Origin: an uncultured Candidatus Saccharibacteria bacterium
Lineage (GTDB): Bacteria; Patescibacteriota; Minisyncoccia; UBA6257; 2-01-FULL-56-20
Direction: 5' to 3'
NCBI GenBank assembly: GCA_964530925.1
Contig: CAZHBZ010000003.1
Span: forward strand, 33 to 64,032
DNA length: 64,000 nt
In this document: positions 44,704 to 55,599 of the stretch, piece by piece
Layout: the number at the start of each line of letters is the position of its first letter
How positions within the stretch are numbered: the stretch's first letter is position 1
Translations under genes and position numbers: made by a program
The notes under the pieces: model-generated
What the model saw: the letters and a program-made list of their open reading frames with translations, nothing else
What the model was told of the DNA's origin: nothing
Databases searched by the model: none

Positions 44704-44975
44704 TCCAATCTCGCGCAATTTGCGGAGACTGGCTTTGTTTTGCTCGCTTCTTTTTTATTATATTATTGATATATGGATGAAGATATTAAAAATAGGCTGG
44801 GAGAAATAGAAAAGAAATTAGATACGCTGTTTTCTTCTGCGGAGAGAACCAGAAAATATTTTTTGTGGACCCTTATCATCACAGTAATCGTGATAATCCT
44901 GCCGCTTATCGCACTCGTTTTTGTTGTCCCGCAATTTCTAAGCACATTGGATATTTCCAATTTCGGGCTATAAAA

Positions 44976-45812
44976 ATGATCAACAAGCGAACATACGCCT
45001 TTTTCTATCGAAAGGGCATGCCGGAAGCCGAGCGCTGGGTTAAAAAGATCCGTATTTGGATACGGAAAAAGCATTCCGATCTGAAGGAGGTTGGGACCAA
45101 CCCTGATTTTCTGTTCGTACTGGGAGGGGACGGAACCGTACTTCAGGCCGCGCATAAATACAGAGAAGAACCGGTAATAGTTTCCCTGAATTTGGGAAAC
45201 GTCGGTTTTCTTTCTTCGGTAAGATCATCCAGGAATTTTTTAAGCGTCCTAGAAAAGTTATTTAAGGGAGCGTATTCCGAAGAAAAGCGGATGCTCCTTT
45301 CTATCCGCGCGTATCGCAAAAATAAAAAAGTTTTTGAGACGGAGTCTCTTAACGAAGCGGCTATCCAAAATCCCTTGGGCATGGTCGAGCTGGAGGTTAA
45401 TATCGAGGATCACCCTTTTCAATATGTGCGAGGCACGGGGATATTGGTTTCTACGGCCACTGGTTCCACCGCTTTCAACTTATCCGCGCACGGACCGGTA
45501 GTCATGCCGGAAATGGAATGTATGATAATCACCGAGCTTTTGGACCATAATATCCCTACACCAAGTTTTGTGGTGACCGGGGACAAGGTGGTACGATTGA
45601 AAGTGCTGAATTTCAGGAAACACGGCCTTCTTTCCCTCACTAAAACAAAGAAACCCGTGGATGTGGTCTTGTCAGGGGACTCCAACAGTATTTTCCCGCT
45701 GGAGCCAGGAGATGTGGTAGAGATTCGTAAAGCCGAGCGTTATGTGAAATTCGCTGTTTTTGAAAAAAATTATTTCCTAAAAAGCGTTCAAGAGAAGTTT
45801 TCTTTTGGCTGA
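44976..45812 (+). CDS. nadK: NAD(+) kinase
   Basis: GGDGT motif (VLGGDGTVL), NE/D short motif, conserved DG in C-terminal domain. Confidence 0.85.
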   Translation: MINKRTYAFFYRKGMPEAERWVKKIRIWIRKKHSDLKEVGTNPDFLFVLGGDGTVLQAAHKYREEPVIVSLNLGNVGFLSSVRSSRNFLSVLEKLFKGAYSEEKRMLLSIRAYRKNKKVFETESLNEAAIQNPLGMVELEVNIEDHPFQYVRGTGILVSTATGSTAFNLSAHGPVVMPEMECMIITELLDHNIPTPSFVVTGDKVVRLKVLNFRKHGLLSLTKTKKPVDVVLSGDSNSIFPLEPGDVVEIRKAERYVKFAVFEKNYFLKSVQEKFSFG

Positions 45813-45831
45813 GACCGGGATATGATAATAC

Positions 45832-46413
45832 ATGAAAATGGAAGATATTAAGATAATTTCGGACGAAAAACTTGCGGAACTTTATGCCGACGGGAATGAG
45901 TCGGCTTTTGCGGTTTTAACCGAGAGGCACCTCCCGGCGGTTTGCGGATTCGCCAGAAAGTATGTGGGCGACGCCGATAAGGCGGAAGATATCGCTCAGG
46001 AGACATTTGTTAAGGTTTGGAAGAATATCAAAACCTTTGATACCGGGCGCAATTTTCGCTCTTGGCTTTTCACCATCGCCAAAAATACCGCTTTGGACTA
46101 CTTGCGTCAGAGAGAAAATATTCCTTTTTCGTCTCTGGAAGATGAGAACGGGGAGACCACAATCGACAGATTTGTTCCCACGAGTTCCATTCCGAATGAC
46201 ATTTTGGATGAAAAACTTCTTGCCCTTCGGGCGAAGGAGGAGTTGGCTTCTATGGCGGACAAACAGCGTAAAATATTTTCATTGCGGATGGAAATGGATA
46301 TGACTTTTAAGGACATCTCAATTCTATTAAAGATGCCTTTGAATACCGTGAAGAGCGGCTACCGGCGCACTCTTTTGGCCCTTCGGAATAATCTCCGCAA
46401 GCGTTCAATTTAG
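45832..46413 (+). CDS. ECF-type RNA polymerase sigma factor
   Basis: region 2 (ETFVKVWKNI, WLFTIAKNTALDYLR) and region 4 HTH. Confidence 0.8.
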   Translation: MKMEDIKIISDEKLAELYADGNESAFAVLTERHLPAVCGFARKYVGDADKAEDIAQETFVKVWKNIKTFDTGRNFRSWLFTIAKNTALDYLRQRENIPFSSLEDENGETTIDRFVPTSSIPNDILDEKLLALRAKEELASMADKQRKIFSLRMEMDMTFKDISILLKMPLNTVKSGYRRTLLALRNNLRKRSI

Positions 46414-46443
46414 GATCTGCACCAAATAAGCCGGTATGCTCGT

Positions 46444-46872
46444 ATGCCAAGGGTGGCGGAGAATACCGAAGAATCGGGAACAAATACAAAAAAAGGCCTT
46501 TTGGAAAGGGTTCTTGGGCGTATTAACAGCGAAAAGAATCTTTTAAGCAGTAAAAAACGTGCTATTTATTTTTCGCTGTTTTTGCTCGCGGGGTGTTCGG
46601 TATTAATATTCGCGCTTTTTTCTCTAAAGCATTCGGTTTTTATGTCCGGGATGGATTCCTTGCCGTATTTTCTCTACAATCCGCATTCTGCAATTTTCGC
46701 CGCTAAAGAAACCTTGTTCTTCATGTTGGAAGGGCTGCCGGCCGGGTCTTTGGCGATCATGTTCCTTTCCGCGGCTTTGATATTGATATTTTTAAAATAT
46801 GTTTCCAAAAATCTTCATGATTCTGTTTTTTGGTCGGAAAAAATAAAAAAATACAAAGATGGAAGAGAATAA
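46444..46872 (+). CDS. putative anti-sigma factor / membrane protein
   Basis: directly downstream of ECF sigma; TM helices. Confidence 0.4.
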   Translation: MPRVAENTEESGTNTKKGLLERVLGRINSEKNLLSSKKRAIYFSLFLLAGCSVLIFALFSLKHSVFMSGMDSLPYFLYNPHSAIFAAKETLFFMLEGLPAGSLAIMFLSAALILIFLKYVSKNLHDSVFWSEKIKKYKDGRE

Positions 46873-47329
46873 TTTTTTCAATTCAAGGCGTTTTACGAAA
46901 ATAGTTCTTGCGTTCGTTGCGCTCGGCTTCATATTCGGCGCTTTCCGCATTGGAGAGATTGTCGGAGCCAAGAAGGCGTCCTTTTCGTACAAGTGGGGCG
47001 AAAACTATTACAGGAGCTTCGCCGGACCAAGCCCGCGCATGTTCGACACCGACGCGCGCTACTTTATCTCCGCGCACGGTGTTGCCGGAAAGATAGTCGG
47101 CATTTCAAGCTCGAGCATTATCTTAACCGATAGGGATAACTTGGAGAGGGAAATAGTAATCGACAAAGCGACCGAATTTTTTATGTTTCGAAACAGAGTT
47201 TTGCTTTCCGATCTTAAAATCGACGACGAAGCGGCGATTATCGGTTCTCCGGAGGACTCAGGCATGATCCGAGCCAAGCTTATTAGACTTTTGCCGCCAA
47301 CTTCAGGTTTTATAAAAATTAAAAATTAG
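46859..47329 (+). CDS. hypothetical N-terminally anchored protein
   Basis: ORF overlapping previous stop; single TM. Confidence 0.4.
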   Translation: MEENNFFNSRRFTKIVLAFVALGFIFGAFRIGEIVGAKKASFSYKWGENYYRSFAGPSPRMFDTDARYFISAHGVAGKIVGISSSSIILTDRDNLEREIVIDKATEFFMFRNRVLLSDLKIDDEAAIIGSPEDSGMIRAKLIRLLPPTSGFIKIKN

Positions 47330-47342
47330 ATAAATTCATTCG

Positions 47343-49154
47343 ATGAAAAAAAATTTGCAAAAGGCAAGGGTTTGGATGTCGGCTCATAAAATAAAAACTG
47401 TGGTTTTGGTCGCGGTAGCCCTATCCGGCGGCTACTACGCTTACGGAAAATTGAATCCTGAGATTGCTATCCCGCGCTATCTGGTCGCGGAGGCCGCAAA
47501 AACAACCGTCATTTCCTCGATCACCGGGACCGGACAAATTTCTGCCGCAAACCAATTCGATATCAAGCCGAAGGTTTCGGGTGATGTTATCTATTTACCC
47601 GTTTTGGAGGGCCAGTCCGTCAAGGCCGGCGAGCTAATTTTACAGATAGACTCAACGAATGCAGCGAAGGCGGTCAGAGATGCGAAGGCGTCTTTGGACA
47701 GCGCCAGGATCGCTTTGGAAAAATTGAAACAGCCGGCGGACGCCCTCTCTCTTTTGCAGGCGGAAAACGCGCTGACCCAAGCCGAACAGAACAAGCAAAA
47801 CGCGATAACCGATCTCGCGAAAGCTTACGACGACGGTTTCAGCGCCGTTTCCAATACATTTTTGGATTTGCCGGGCGTGATGACCGGATTGGATAGTGTT
47901 TTAAACGGTTATGTCGTCCGCCCAAGCCAGAGCAACGTGTACGCCTATTACGATATGGTCCGAAACCTAAAACCGAACGCCGATCAATTTCGGGATTCGG
48001 CGATAAATAGTTTCACGAAAGCAAAAGCGGCATATGATGCCAACTTTGACGATTATAAAGCCGCAAGCCGTTATTCCGATAAAGCGGTCATCGACTCGCT
48101 TATTAATGAATCTTACGAAACCGCCAAGCTTATTTCCGAGGCTGTCAAGAACGCGAAAAACTTTTTGGATTTGGTAAACGAGGCGCTATCGAATAGCGCT
48201 AGCGGAATAAAGCCGCCGAGTATTCTTACCACGCATCAAACAACTTTACAGACTTATACCGGAACGGTTAATGCCGATTTTTCCAACCTTCTGAGCGCAA
48301 AAGACAATATCAAGGGCGACAAGGATGCAATGACCAATGCTGACCTTGCGATTTCCGAAAAAACAGAAAGTTTGGCGAAATTAAAAGCGGGTACCGATCC
48401 GTTGGATCTAAAGTCGCAGGAACTCGCGGTAACCCAGCGCGAGAACGCGCTTTTGGATGCGAAGGAAGAACTTTCGAACTATTACCTCCGCGCGCCATTT
48501 GACGGGGTGTTGGCGGATATAGCCGTCAAAAAAGGAGATACGGTTTCGCCGTCCACTGCCGCGGCGACAATAATAACTCCAACCAGGATAGCGGAGGTAA
48601 CGCTAAACGAGGTGGATGTGGCTAAGGTCAAGGCAGATCAAAAAGCGACTCTGACTTTTGACGCCTTTCCGGAGCTGACGCTTATCGGCAGGGTTGCTCA
48701 GGTGGATGCGATAGGAACCGTAAGCCAAGGAGTTGTTAACTATGCCGTCAAAATATCTTTCGAAGCGCCGGATGATAAAGTAAAACCCGGGATGAGTGTT
48801 TCCGCGTCAATAATCACCGAAGTTAAAACGGATGTATTCGCGGTTCCGAATTCGGCCATAAAAACTCAGGGTTTGGGCAAATATGTGGAAATATTGCCGA
48901 ACGTGGACTCCTCTGCGTTTGTGGATTCACAAAATGGACAGGCTACTTTATCTTCGGGCGCGACCTTGGAGCGGCGAACCGTTTCGACGGGAGTGGAGGG
49001 TGATTCGCATACCGAAATCATCGAAGGTTTAAGCGGGGGAGAGGCTGTGGTGGTGAGAACGGTTTCCGCGTCGGCAAATTCGCAAACCGCGCAAACTACC
49101 GGCAATAACGCTATCGGAGGAATTCGAATGCCCGTTATGACGGGTGGAAGGTAA
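47343..49154 (+). CDS. HlyD/MacA-like periplasmic adaptor protein with extended coiled coil
   Basis: N-terminal TM, biotinyl/lipoyl-like hairpin, long coiled coil, beta-barrel C-terminus; upstream of MacB-like ABC genes. Confidence 0.7.
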   Translation: MKKNLQKARVWMSAHKIKTVVLVAVALSGGYYAYGKLNPEIAIPRYLVAEAAKTTVISSITGTGQISAANQFDIKPKVSGDVIYLPVLEGQSVKAGELILQIDSTNAAKAVRDAKASLDSARIALEKLKQPADALSLLQAENALTQAEQNKQNAITDLAKAYDDGFSAVSNTFLDLPGVMTGLDSVLNGYVVRPSQSNVYAYYDMVRNLKPNADQFRDSAINSFTKAKAAYDANFDDYKAASRYSDKAVIDSLINESYETAKLISEAVKNAKNFLDLVNEALSNSASGIKPPSILTTHQTTLQTYTGTVNADFSNLLSAKDNIKGDKDAMTNADLAISEKTESLAKLKAGTDPLDLKSQELAVTQRENALLDAKEELSNYYLRAPFDGVLADIAVKKGDTVSPSTAAATIITPTRIAEVTLNEVDVAKVKADQKATLTFDAFPELTLIGRVAQVDAIGTVSQGVVNYAVKISFEAPDDKVKPGMSVSASIITEVKTDVFAVPNSAIKTQGLGKYVEILPNVDSSAFVDSQNGQATLSSGATLERRTVSTGVEGDSHTEIIEGLSGGEAVVVRTVSASANSQTAQTTGNNAIGGIRMPVMTGGR

Positions 49155-49160
49155 AAAAAC

Positions 49161-49874
49161 ATGATTCAATGCAAAGACGTATATAAAACTTATTTCAACA
49201 ACGGCGTGGAAACACCGGTGCTGTTCGGAATTAACTTTGAAATCAAAGACGGAGAATTTGTGGCCATCATGGGGCCGTCCGGTTCCGGAAAATCCACGCT
49301 CATGCATATTTTGGGAGCCTTGGATACCCCGACTTCGGGAGAGTATTTTTTGGGCGGCAAAGATGTTTCCAAACTTAGCGATGACGAATTGGCGGGCATA
49401 AGAAATAGCAAGATAGGTTTCGTGTTCCAATCCTTCAATCTTCTCTCTAGGGCGACTGTTTTGCGCAATGTGATGTTGCCGCTCGTGTACGCGGATGTTT
49501 CAAAAGAGCATCGCAAGAAAGCCGCGGAAAAAGCTCTTGAAGCGGCAGGTCTCTCGAGCGACAGATGGGAGCATCTTTCAAATCAGCTTTCGGGCGGACA
49601 AATGCAGCGTGTAGCCATCGCGAGGGCTTTGGTCAATAAACCTTCGCTCATCCTTGCGGACGAACCGACCGGAAATCTGGATACCAAAACCGGAGAAATA
49701 GTCTTGGGCACATTTCAGGAGCTGAACCGCAAGCATGCGCACACCATCGTGCTTATTACTCACGAACCGTATGTAGCCGAACATGCCGACAGAATAATCC
49801 ATATTCAAGACGGAAAAATTTTGGAGGACAAGAAGAATCATCAAAAACGCGTGGTTGCGCACATACATCCATGA
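49161..49874 (+). CDS. ABC transporter ATP-binding protein (MacB/LolD-like)
   Basis: Walker [10 protein letters not shown], signature [15 protein letters not shown], Walker [12 protein letters not shown]. Confidence 0.9.
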   Translation: MIQCKDVYKTYFNNGVETPVLFGINFEIKDGEFVAIMGPSGSGKSTLMHILGALDTPTSGEYFLGGKDVSKLSDDELAGIRNSKIGFVFQSFNLLSRATVLRNVMLPLVYADVSKEHRKKAAEKALEAAGLSSDRWEHLSNQLSGGQMQRVAIARALVNKPSLILADEPTGNLDTKTGEIVLGTFQELNRKHAHTIVLITHEPYVAEHADRIIHIQDGKILEDKKNHQKRVVAHIHP

Positions 49875-51094
49875 AACTAGCCGATATTTTTGAAGAGACA
49901 TATTTTTCACTCGCCTCCAACAAGGTGCGAACCTCGCTTACAATGCTCGGTATTATTATTGGCATTGGCTCGGTTATCGGCATGATCTCCATCGGCCAGG
50001 GCGCGCAAGGAAGCATTGAATCCAGTATTCAATCTATCGGTTCCAACTTAATTTTAATAACCCCCGGCGCCCAAAGAGGTCCCGGAGTTCAGATAAGTTC
50101 CGGGCGGGGCAGCGCCACGAGCCTAAAGCAGGAGGACGCGGAAGCGATAGCCAAAGAGATTTCTTTGGCTCAAGCGGTTGCGCCGGAAATTTCTCGCCGC
50201 TATCAGATAACCGCGCCGGGAACAAACACCAATACCCAGGTTGTCGGAACGGTTTCGGAATATCCGGCGGTGCGCAACATTGAAATAGAAGAAGGGGATT
50301 TTATATCCGCTCAAAACGTGAATAGTATTTCGCGGGTCGCCGTTCTGGGGCCGACCACGCGTGATGATCTTTTTGGCGAAGGAGCGGGCGCGATCGGACA
50401 AAGTATCCGCATAAATAAAGTTGATTTTAAAGTGATCGGGATAACGAAATCAAAAGGCGGGAGCGGGTTTGGAAGCCAGGATGATATGATCTACGTTCCG
50501 ATTTCGACCGCGCAGCGGTTTTTGGCGGGAGATACTTACGTGACCACAATAAGCGTTCAGGCCGCAGGCGCGGAAACAATGACCGAATTGCAAACTGAGG
50601 TTACTAATCTGCTTTTGGACAGGCACAAAATTTCCGACCCGACTCTGGCCGATTTTAGTGTGATGAATCAGGCGGATATTGTGGCTACGGCTTCTTCGGT
50701 CACCGGGACTTTCACCATACTTTTGGGAGCGATAGCCGGCATATCTCTTTTGGTTGGGGGCATAGGAATAATGAATATGATGCTCACAACCGTGACCGAA
50801 CGCACCCGGGAGATCGGGCTCAGGAAGGCAATCGGGGCGAAGCGCGCAAACATAAGCACGCAGTTTTTGGCCGAGGCCGTGATGCTTACATTCTCCGGCG
50901 GAATAATCGGGCTTATCTTTGGCTGGCTTATATCCCTTGCGGTGACGCAATTCGCGGGTATCGCGACGAGCGTTTCTCTTTCTTCGGTGCTCCTGGCTTT
51001 CGGAGTGTCTGCCGGCATTGGAGTTGTTTTTGGTTACTATCCTGCGCGCCGCGCTTCGGGTCTGAACCCCATCGAAGCGTTGCGCTATGAATAA
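49871..51094 (+). CDS. ABC transporter permease (FtsX/MacB-like)
   Basis: MacB_PCD-like periplasmic domain then FtsX four-TM domain; 4 nt overlap with the ATPase. Confidence 0.85.
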   Translation: MKLADIFEETYFSLASNKVRTSLTMLGIIIGIGSVIGMISIGQGAQGSIESSIQSIGSNLILITPGAQRGPGVQISSGRGSATSLKQEDAEAIAKEISLAQAVAPEISRRYQITAPGTNTNTQVVGTVSEYPAVRNIEIEEGDFISAQNVNSISRVAVLGPTTRDDLFGEGAGAIGQSIRINKVDFKVIGITKSKGGSGFGSQDDMIYVPISTAQRFLAGDTYVTTISVQAAGAETMTELQTEVTNLLLDRHKISDPTLADFSVMNQADIVATASSVTGTFTILLGAIAGISLLVGGIGIMNMMLTTVTERTREIGLRKAIGAKRANISTQFLAEAVMLTFSGGIIGLIFGWLISLAVTQFAGIATSVSLSSVLLAFGVSAGIGVVFGYYPARRASGLNPIEALRYE

Positions 51095-51113
51095 AACAAA
51101 GGGGTAAATAAAA

Positions 51114-51539
51114 ATGAAAAAAGATAAATTAATAATGATCGGTAGTGGAGCTTTGCTTCTTGTTTTAACGTTCTACGGGGGCGTTAGTTATGGAAAGAGT
51201 TCGAGCGGGATTAAAATTCCGGGGGAAGGCCAATTTTTTAATCGCGATCTTGGAGGCCAAATTCCGAATGGGGGGATAATGCGAGGCGGTCAGGTTGGAG
51301 GATTCACCGGCGGGGAAGTGACCTCTGTTGATGGGAATGGTTTTACCGTTAAATTGAGAGATGGAAGTTCGAAGATAGTTTTTCTGTCCGGAGCGACCGA
51401 GATATTGAAATTTGCGACAGGAACAGTGACCGATATTCAGGTCGGCGAGCAAGCGACCGTTTCCGGGTCGGCGAATAGCGATGGAAGTATAACCGCGAAG
51501 TCGGTTCAGCTCCGTCCGCAGATTATGAAAATAAATTGA
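51114..51539 (+). CDS. hypothetical secreted Gly-rich protein
   Basis: signal anchor; no motif. Confidence 0.4.
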   Translation: MKKDKLIMIGSGALLLVLTFYGGVSYGKSSSGIKIPGEGQFFNRDLGGQIPNGGIMRGGQVGGFTGGEVTSVDGNGFTVKLRDGSSKIVFLSGATEILKFATGTVTDIQVGEQATVSGSANSDGSITAKSVQLRPQIMKIN

Positions 51540-51557
51540 TTTTGGTAGAATAGTTCA

Positions 51558-51947
51558 ATGACTAAAAAATATATATTAATAGGGGCGCTTGTCTTGGCGG
51601 CCGTGGTTCTAGGAATAAACCTTCTCTCGGCTCCTGGAATTTCAAATCCTCCGACCGATAAGCCGGCGGACAATTCTTCGGCCGCGGAGAGCCAGCCGGA
51701 CGGCGCAAAAAAATTAACAATGGCGGATGTGGCGGCGCGCGCGACTGCCGCAAGCTGTTATTCTGTTGTAAGCGGACGTGTTTACGATCTTACTTCCTGG
51801 ATAAGCAAACATCCGGGCGGGGAAAAAGCGATACTCGGAATTTGCGGAAAGGACGGTACAAGCGCTTTTACGGGTAAACATGGCGGCCAGGAGGGGCCAG
51901 AGACTGCGCTTGGTGGATTTTTGATTGGGACACTGCTCGTTGAATAA
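51558..51947 (+). CDS. cytochrome b5-like heme-binding domain protein, N-terminally anchored
   Basis: HPGG motif (SKHPGGEKAILGICGKDGTSAF) typical of the cyt b5 family. Confidence 0.7.
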   Translation: MTKKYILIGALVLAAVVLGINLLSAPGISNPPTDKPADNSSAAESQPDGAKKLTMADVAARATAASCYSVVSGRVYDLTSWISKHPGGEKAILGICGKDGTSAFTGKHGGQEGPETALGGFLIGTLLVE

Positions 51948-51953
51948 TAATTT

Positions 51954-51987
51954 AAAAAAACAGCCCGCAGCGGGCTGTTTTTTTGGC
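51954..51987 (+). terminator. rho-independent terminator AAAACAGCCCGCAGCGGGCTGTTTTTTT
   Basis: perfect stem plus T-run. Confidence 0.6.
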
Positions 51988-52026
51988 AATCGCTCAATAT
52001 GAGTTGAAATTTGCTAGAATTAAGTC

Positions 52027-53238
52027 ATGAAGAAATTAATTGCAATCGGATTTTCGTGGTTCTTCGTGTTTTCCGTTTTTGGCGCGCCAAAGGCAGGCGC
52101 GTTTATCTATGCTCCCTGCTGTCTTTCCGCGACGGCGATAAGTCAAACCGAGATAAATTTAAGCTGGGTAGCTATTTCTGCCGATCCGGTCGCGACCGGA
52201 TATACCCTGGAGAGAGAATCTCCGATTGGCGGGGGTTTTACGCAAGTTTTTTCGAATTCAAACGTAACTTCCTACAAAGATACTTCTTTGTCTCCGGGCG
52301 TCACCTATAATTATCGCGTTTCCGCGGTAAACGCGGATGGGACGGGCCCGGCATCAACACCTGCCGCTGCCACAACGCATTCGGCCGCGGCGAGAACCCT
52401 TCCCGGCCGGCCCTCCGATTTAAAGGCGGTTGCAAGTAGCGCATCCGAGATTACGATTTCCTGGACTGCCGCGGCAGACACCGTAAGTATCACCGGATAT
52501 CGGATCGAACGGGAAGCTCCATATGGCAGCGGTTTTGTAACCCTCGTCGCGAATACAAGTTCTTCGGCCACAAACTACACCGACGGCAATTTATCTCCCG
52601 GAGTTGCCTATAACTATCGGGTTACCGCGATGAATCAATATGGCATCGGATTGCCATCCATTCCCGCGGATGCCACCGTGCCAACCAAGCCGGATGCACC
52701 CCGAAACATTAAAGTGATTCCTGGTGATGGGAAGCTTTTGGTAAGCTGGGATAAGCCACTTTTTTTGGGCGGAGGTATCGTCGGATATAATGTTGGAGCT
52801 CTCGAAACTGATTTGACTCCCATAAGAAATGTTCAAGGTGAGAATACATCCACTACACTCGAACTTTTGGCCAATGGGACTTTCTATACCGTTTGGGTGA
52901 GGGCTTATAACCTGGCGGGGGAGGGGCCCATGCTTTTGGCTTCGCCGATAGCGCCAGTCAAATCGACTGCTCCAGTGAATCCGGACATTGGAAGGGCGCC
53001 TGCAGTGATTGTTTCTAGCTTAAAATTTACAACCCCGCTTTATCGAGGGATAAGAACCAGTGCGGTGGTGGAACTGCAAAAAATATTGATAGCTAAAAAT
53101 TTTCTTGTTTCCGAACCGACCGGATATTTTGGCGCGCTTACGGAAGCCGCTGTTAAAAAATATCAGGCGTCGAAAGGGATAGAGCAAACCGGAACCGTCG
53201 GGCCCATAACTAGAGCGGCCCTGAACGCCGGGAAATAA
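52027..53238 (+). CDS. secreted protein with three fibronectin type III repeats and a C-terminal peptidoglycan-binding (PG_binding_1) domain
   Basis: repeated LSW/ISW...YNYRV FN3 pattern; C-terminal LQKILIAKNF...GYFGALTEAAVKKYQ. Confidence 0.65.
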   Translation: MKKLIAIGFSWFFVFSVFGAPKAGAFIYAPCCLSATAISQTEINLSWVAISADPVATGYTLERESPIGGGFTQVFSNSNVTSYKDTSLSPGVTYNYRVSAVNADGTGPASTPAAATTHSAAARTLPGRPSDLKAVASSASEITISWTAAADTVSITGYRIEREAPYGSGFVTLVANTSSSATNYTDGNLSPGVAYNYRVTAMNQYGIGLPSIPADATVPTKPDAPRNIKVIPGDGKLLVSWDKPLFLGGGIVGYNVGALETDLTPIRNVQGENTSTTLELLANGTFYTVWVRAYNLAGEGPMLLASPIAPVKSTAPVNPDIGRAPAVIVSSLKFTTPLYRGIRTSAVVELQKILIAKNFLVSEPTGYFGALTEAAVKKYQASKGIEQTGTVGPITRAALNAGK

Positions 53239-53245
53239 ACGAGGG

Positions 53246-54178
53246 TTAATATTGCGGAGCGTTTATCGGCTGAACTACAACGATCGAAAATGATTTGGTT
53301 ATGTTTTCGTTTCCGGAGGTGAGGGATACTTTAAAGTCATATTTTCCCGGCACGGTCGGGATGCCAACGAAAGTAAAATCTCCGCGGCAGACCAAGTCGG
53401 CGCAAAATGGCTGAAGAACCCTGATCCCGCGCGGAAGGTTTCCTTCGGATATTTTCCAAACATAGCTCCTGGAACCTCCGGTTGCCGATATTTTCGCGTT
53501 ATAAACGGTTTTTGCGACCACTTGAGGCAAGGAATCGGTGGTTAGAGAAAGGGCTGGAGACGGAATTAAGTCAAATGGAATCACATTGCTTCTGCCGTTG
53601 TTATTTGCCACCAAAAGCTCATGTCTTCCGAGTTTCATATCTTCTCCGACGCATTTCTTTTGACGTTGATCGCATGGCGCTATCGGCAGTCCGAAGGAAA
53701 TGGTCAAACCGTCTTTAGAAGGAATCCCCACTGCGGCATAAGGAACGCCGTCGATAAATACGCTATTATTTTTTTTAGTGAAGCCAGTTCCAGTTATGGT
53801 TATTTTGGTTCCGGCCGCTCCCGAGCCAGGATAGACATGTGAAATTATGGGGATCGCGTCCGTGGCCGTCGCATTCTTAACTTTTATTTCGGTGATGCCG
53901 TCAAAGATATTTTTTATATCGTCAAAAACTCCTTTAATGCCGATATTGGCATTTATTTGGAATGGTAGCTTTACGGTCAGTGGGCTTCCGTTTCTGTCGC
54001 GAATAAGAAGTTCGCCCTCCTGGAGATTTATTTGGGTTATTATGCCGTCAACAGTTTTAAGCGATGCCGCCCGAATTGGCGTCGGCGCTACGGATAGTCC
54101 GAAAAACGCTATAAATACTAGAAATAGAATTGATTTGTTCATGCTCAAAATATAACACTTTAATCTTTTCCCTCGCAA
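53246..54178 (-). CDS. secreted protein with IPT/TIG domain
   Basis: signal peptide; PIISHVYPGSGAAGTKITITGTGF motif. Confidence 0.5.
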   Translation of the reverse strand: MRGKRLKCYILSMNKSILFLVFIAFFGLSVAPTPIRAASLKTVDGIITQINLQEGELLIRDRNGSPLTVKLPFQINANIGIKGVFDDIKNIFDGITEIKVKNATATDAIPIISHVYPGSGAAGTKITITGTGFTKKNNSVFIDGVPYAAVGIPSKDGLTISFGLPIAPCDQRQKKCVGEDMKLGRHELLVANNNGRSNVIPFDLIPSPALSLTTDSLPQVVAKTVYNAKISATGGSRSYVWKISEGNLPRGIRVLQPFCADLVCRGDFTFVGIPTVPGKYDFKVSLTSGNENITKSFSIVVVQPINAPQY

Positions 54179-54261
54179 AATATTATCTATTTGAAGCGCC
54201 TACGTTTTGATTTCCATCACATCCTTTGTATTCTGGCAAATACATGCTATAGTGCTCGCAT

Positions 54262-55542
54262 ATGAACGAAGATAAGGGTTTTTATGGCCTGGGGATAGCC
54301 CCGGGAATATTGGAGATAATCGCCAAAATTGGTTTTAAGAAGCCTACTCCCATACAAGAGCAGGCTATTCCTATTGCGGTCGAAGGCAAGGACGTTATGG
54401 GTATCGCTCAGACCGGCACCGGCAAAACTCTAGCCTTTGGCATCCCTGTCGCTCAACGAATCATGCAAGGAGGAGGGCCAGCCTTGGTCATCGTCCCCAC
54501 AAGAGAACTTGCTATTCAGGTCGCCGAATCGCTTGAAACCGTGTGTCTCCCGCTTGGAATCCATACCGCTACTCTTATCGGGGGCGAGCCTATCAGTAAG
54601 CAGTTCAGGCAGTTATCCCGCCGGCCGCAGATAATTATCGGCACTCCCGGAAGGATAATAGACCACATGGAACAGAAAAGCGTGAACTTTTCGAAAACAA
54701 AGATTTTGGTCTTAGACGAAGCGGACAGGATGCTGGATATGGGTTTCGCTCCGCAGCTTCGGCGCATTAAGGCCGAAGTTCCGGAGGATAGGCAAACACT
54801 TTTCTTTTCCGCGACCATGCCGGAAGAGATTGTGAGTCTTGCCAAGGCTTACCTCAAACTTCCGATACGTGTTGAGATAGCGAAGGCCGGAACGGCGGCA
54901 AAAAATGTTTCCCAGGAATTATTTTTTGTCTCCCAGGAAACAAAGCCTTGGCTTTTGGAAAAACTTTTGGGTGAATACCGGGGTTCGGTTCTTATCTTCG
55001 CGAGACTTAAATACGGCGCTAAAAGGATTGCCGCGCACATTCGCGCCATGGGCCACACTGCCGCCGAAATCCATTCCAATAGGTCTCTCGCGCAGCGAAA
55101 AGAGGCTCTCGAAGGATTTAAAAATGGAAAATATCGCATTCTCGTTGCCACGGATATAGCCGCGCGCGGTATTGATGTGAACCATATTGAATTGGTAATA
55201 AATTATGATTTGCCGGATAACGCGGAAGACTACGTCCATCGTATCGGCCGCACCGGACGCGCGGGACTGAGCGGACACGCAATATCTTTCGCGAGACCAA
55301 ACGAGCGCAACGATGTTTACGCGATAGAAAGGCTCATTCGTTCCGCTTTGCCAGTTTCCAAACTGCCGATACTTTCCGGCTCTACAACTCCTATTCCGCG
55401 CGAAGAAAGAGAATTTAGACCCTCGCGCGGACCCTCCAGGTCTTTTGGATCTCGCGGACCGACAAGGAGGGGAGCGCCGGCGCGAAGAACTTCCGGTTTT
55501 GGGAGAAGCGCGCGACCGGGTAGCAGAAGGCCACATCGATAA
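54262..55542 (+). CDS. DEAD-box ATP-dependent RNA helicase with Arg/Gly-rich C-terminal tail
   Basis: Q motif, AQTGTGKT, PTRELA, DEAD, SAT, HRIGRTGRAG. Confidence 0.9.
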   Translation: MNEDKGFYGLGIAPGILEIIAKIGFKKPTPIQEQAIPIAVEGKDVMGIAQTGTGKTLAFGIPVAQRIMQGGGPALVIVPTRELAIQVAESLETVCLPLGIHTATLIGGEPISKQFRQLSRRPQIIIGTPGRIIDHMEQKSVNFSKTKILVLDEADRMLDMGFAPQLRRIKAEVPEDRQTLFFSATMPEEIVSLAKAYLKLPIRVEIAKAGTAAKNVSQELFFVSQETKPWLLEKLLGEYRGSVLIFARLKYGAKRIAAHIRAMGHTAAEIHSNRSLAQRKEALEGFKNGKYRILVATDIAARGIDVNHIELVINYDLPDNAEDYVHRIGRTGRAGLSGHAISFARPNERNDVYAIERLIRSALPVSKLPILSGSTTPIPREEREFRPSRGPSRSFGSRGPTRRGAPARRTSGFGRSARPGSRRPHR

Positions 55543-55599
55543 AACATAGGCAAACCCGGACAGTTCATGGACTGCCCGGGTTTTTTGTTATCTTATATA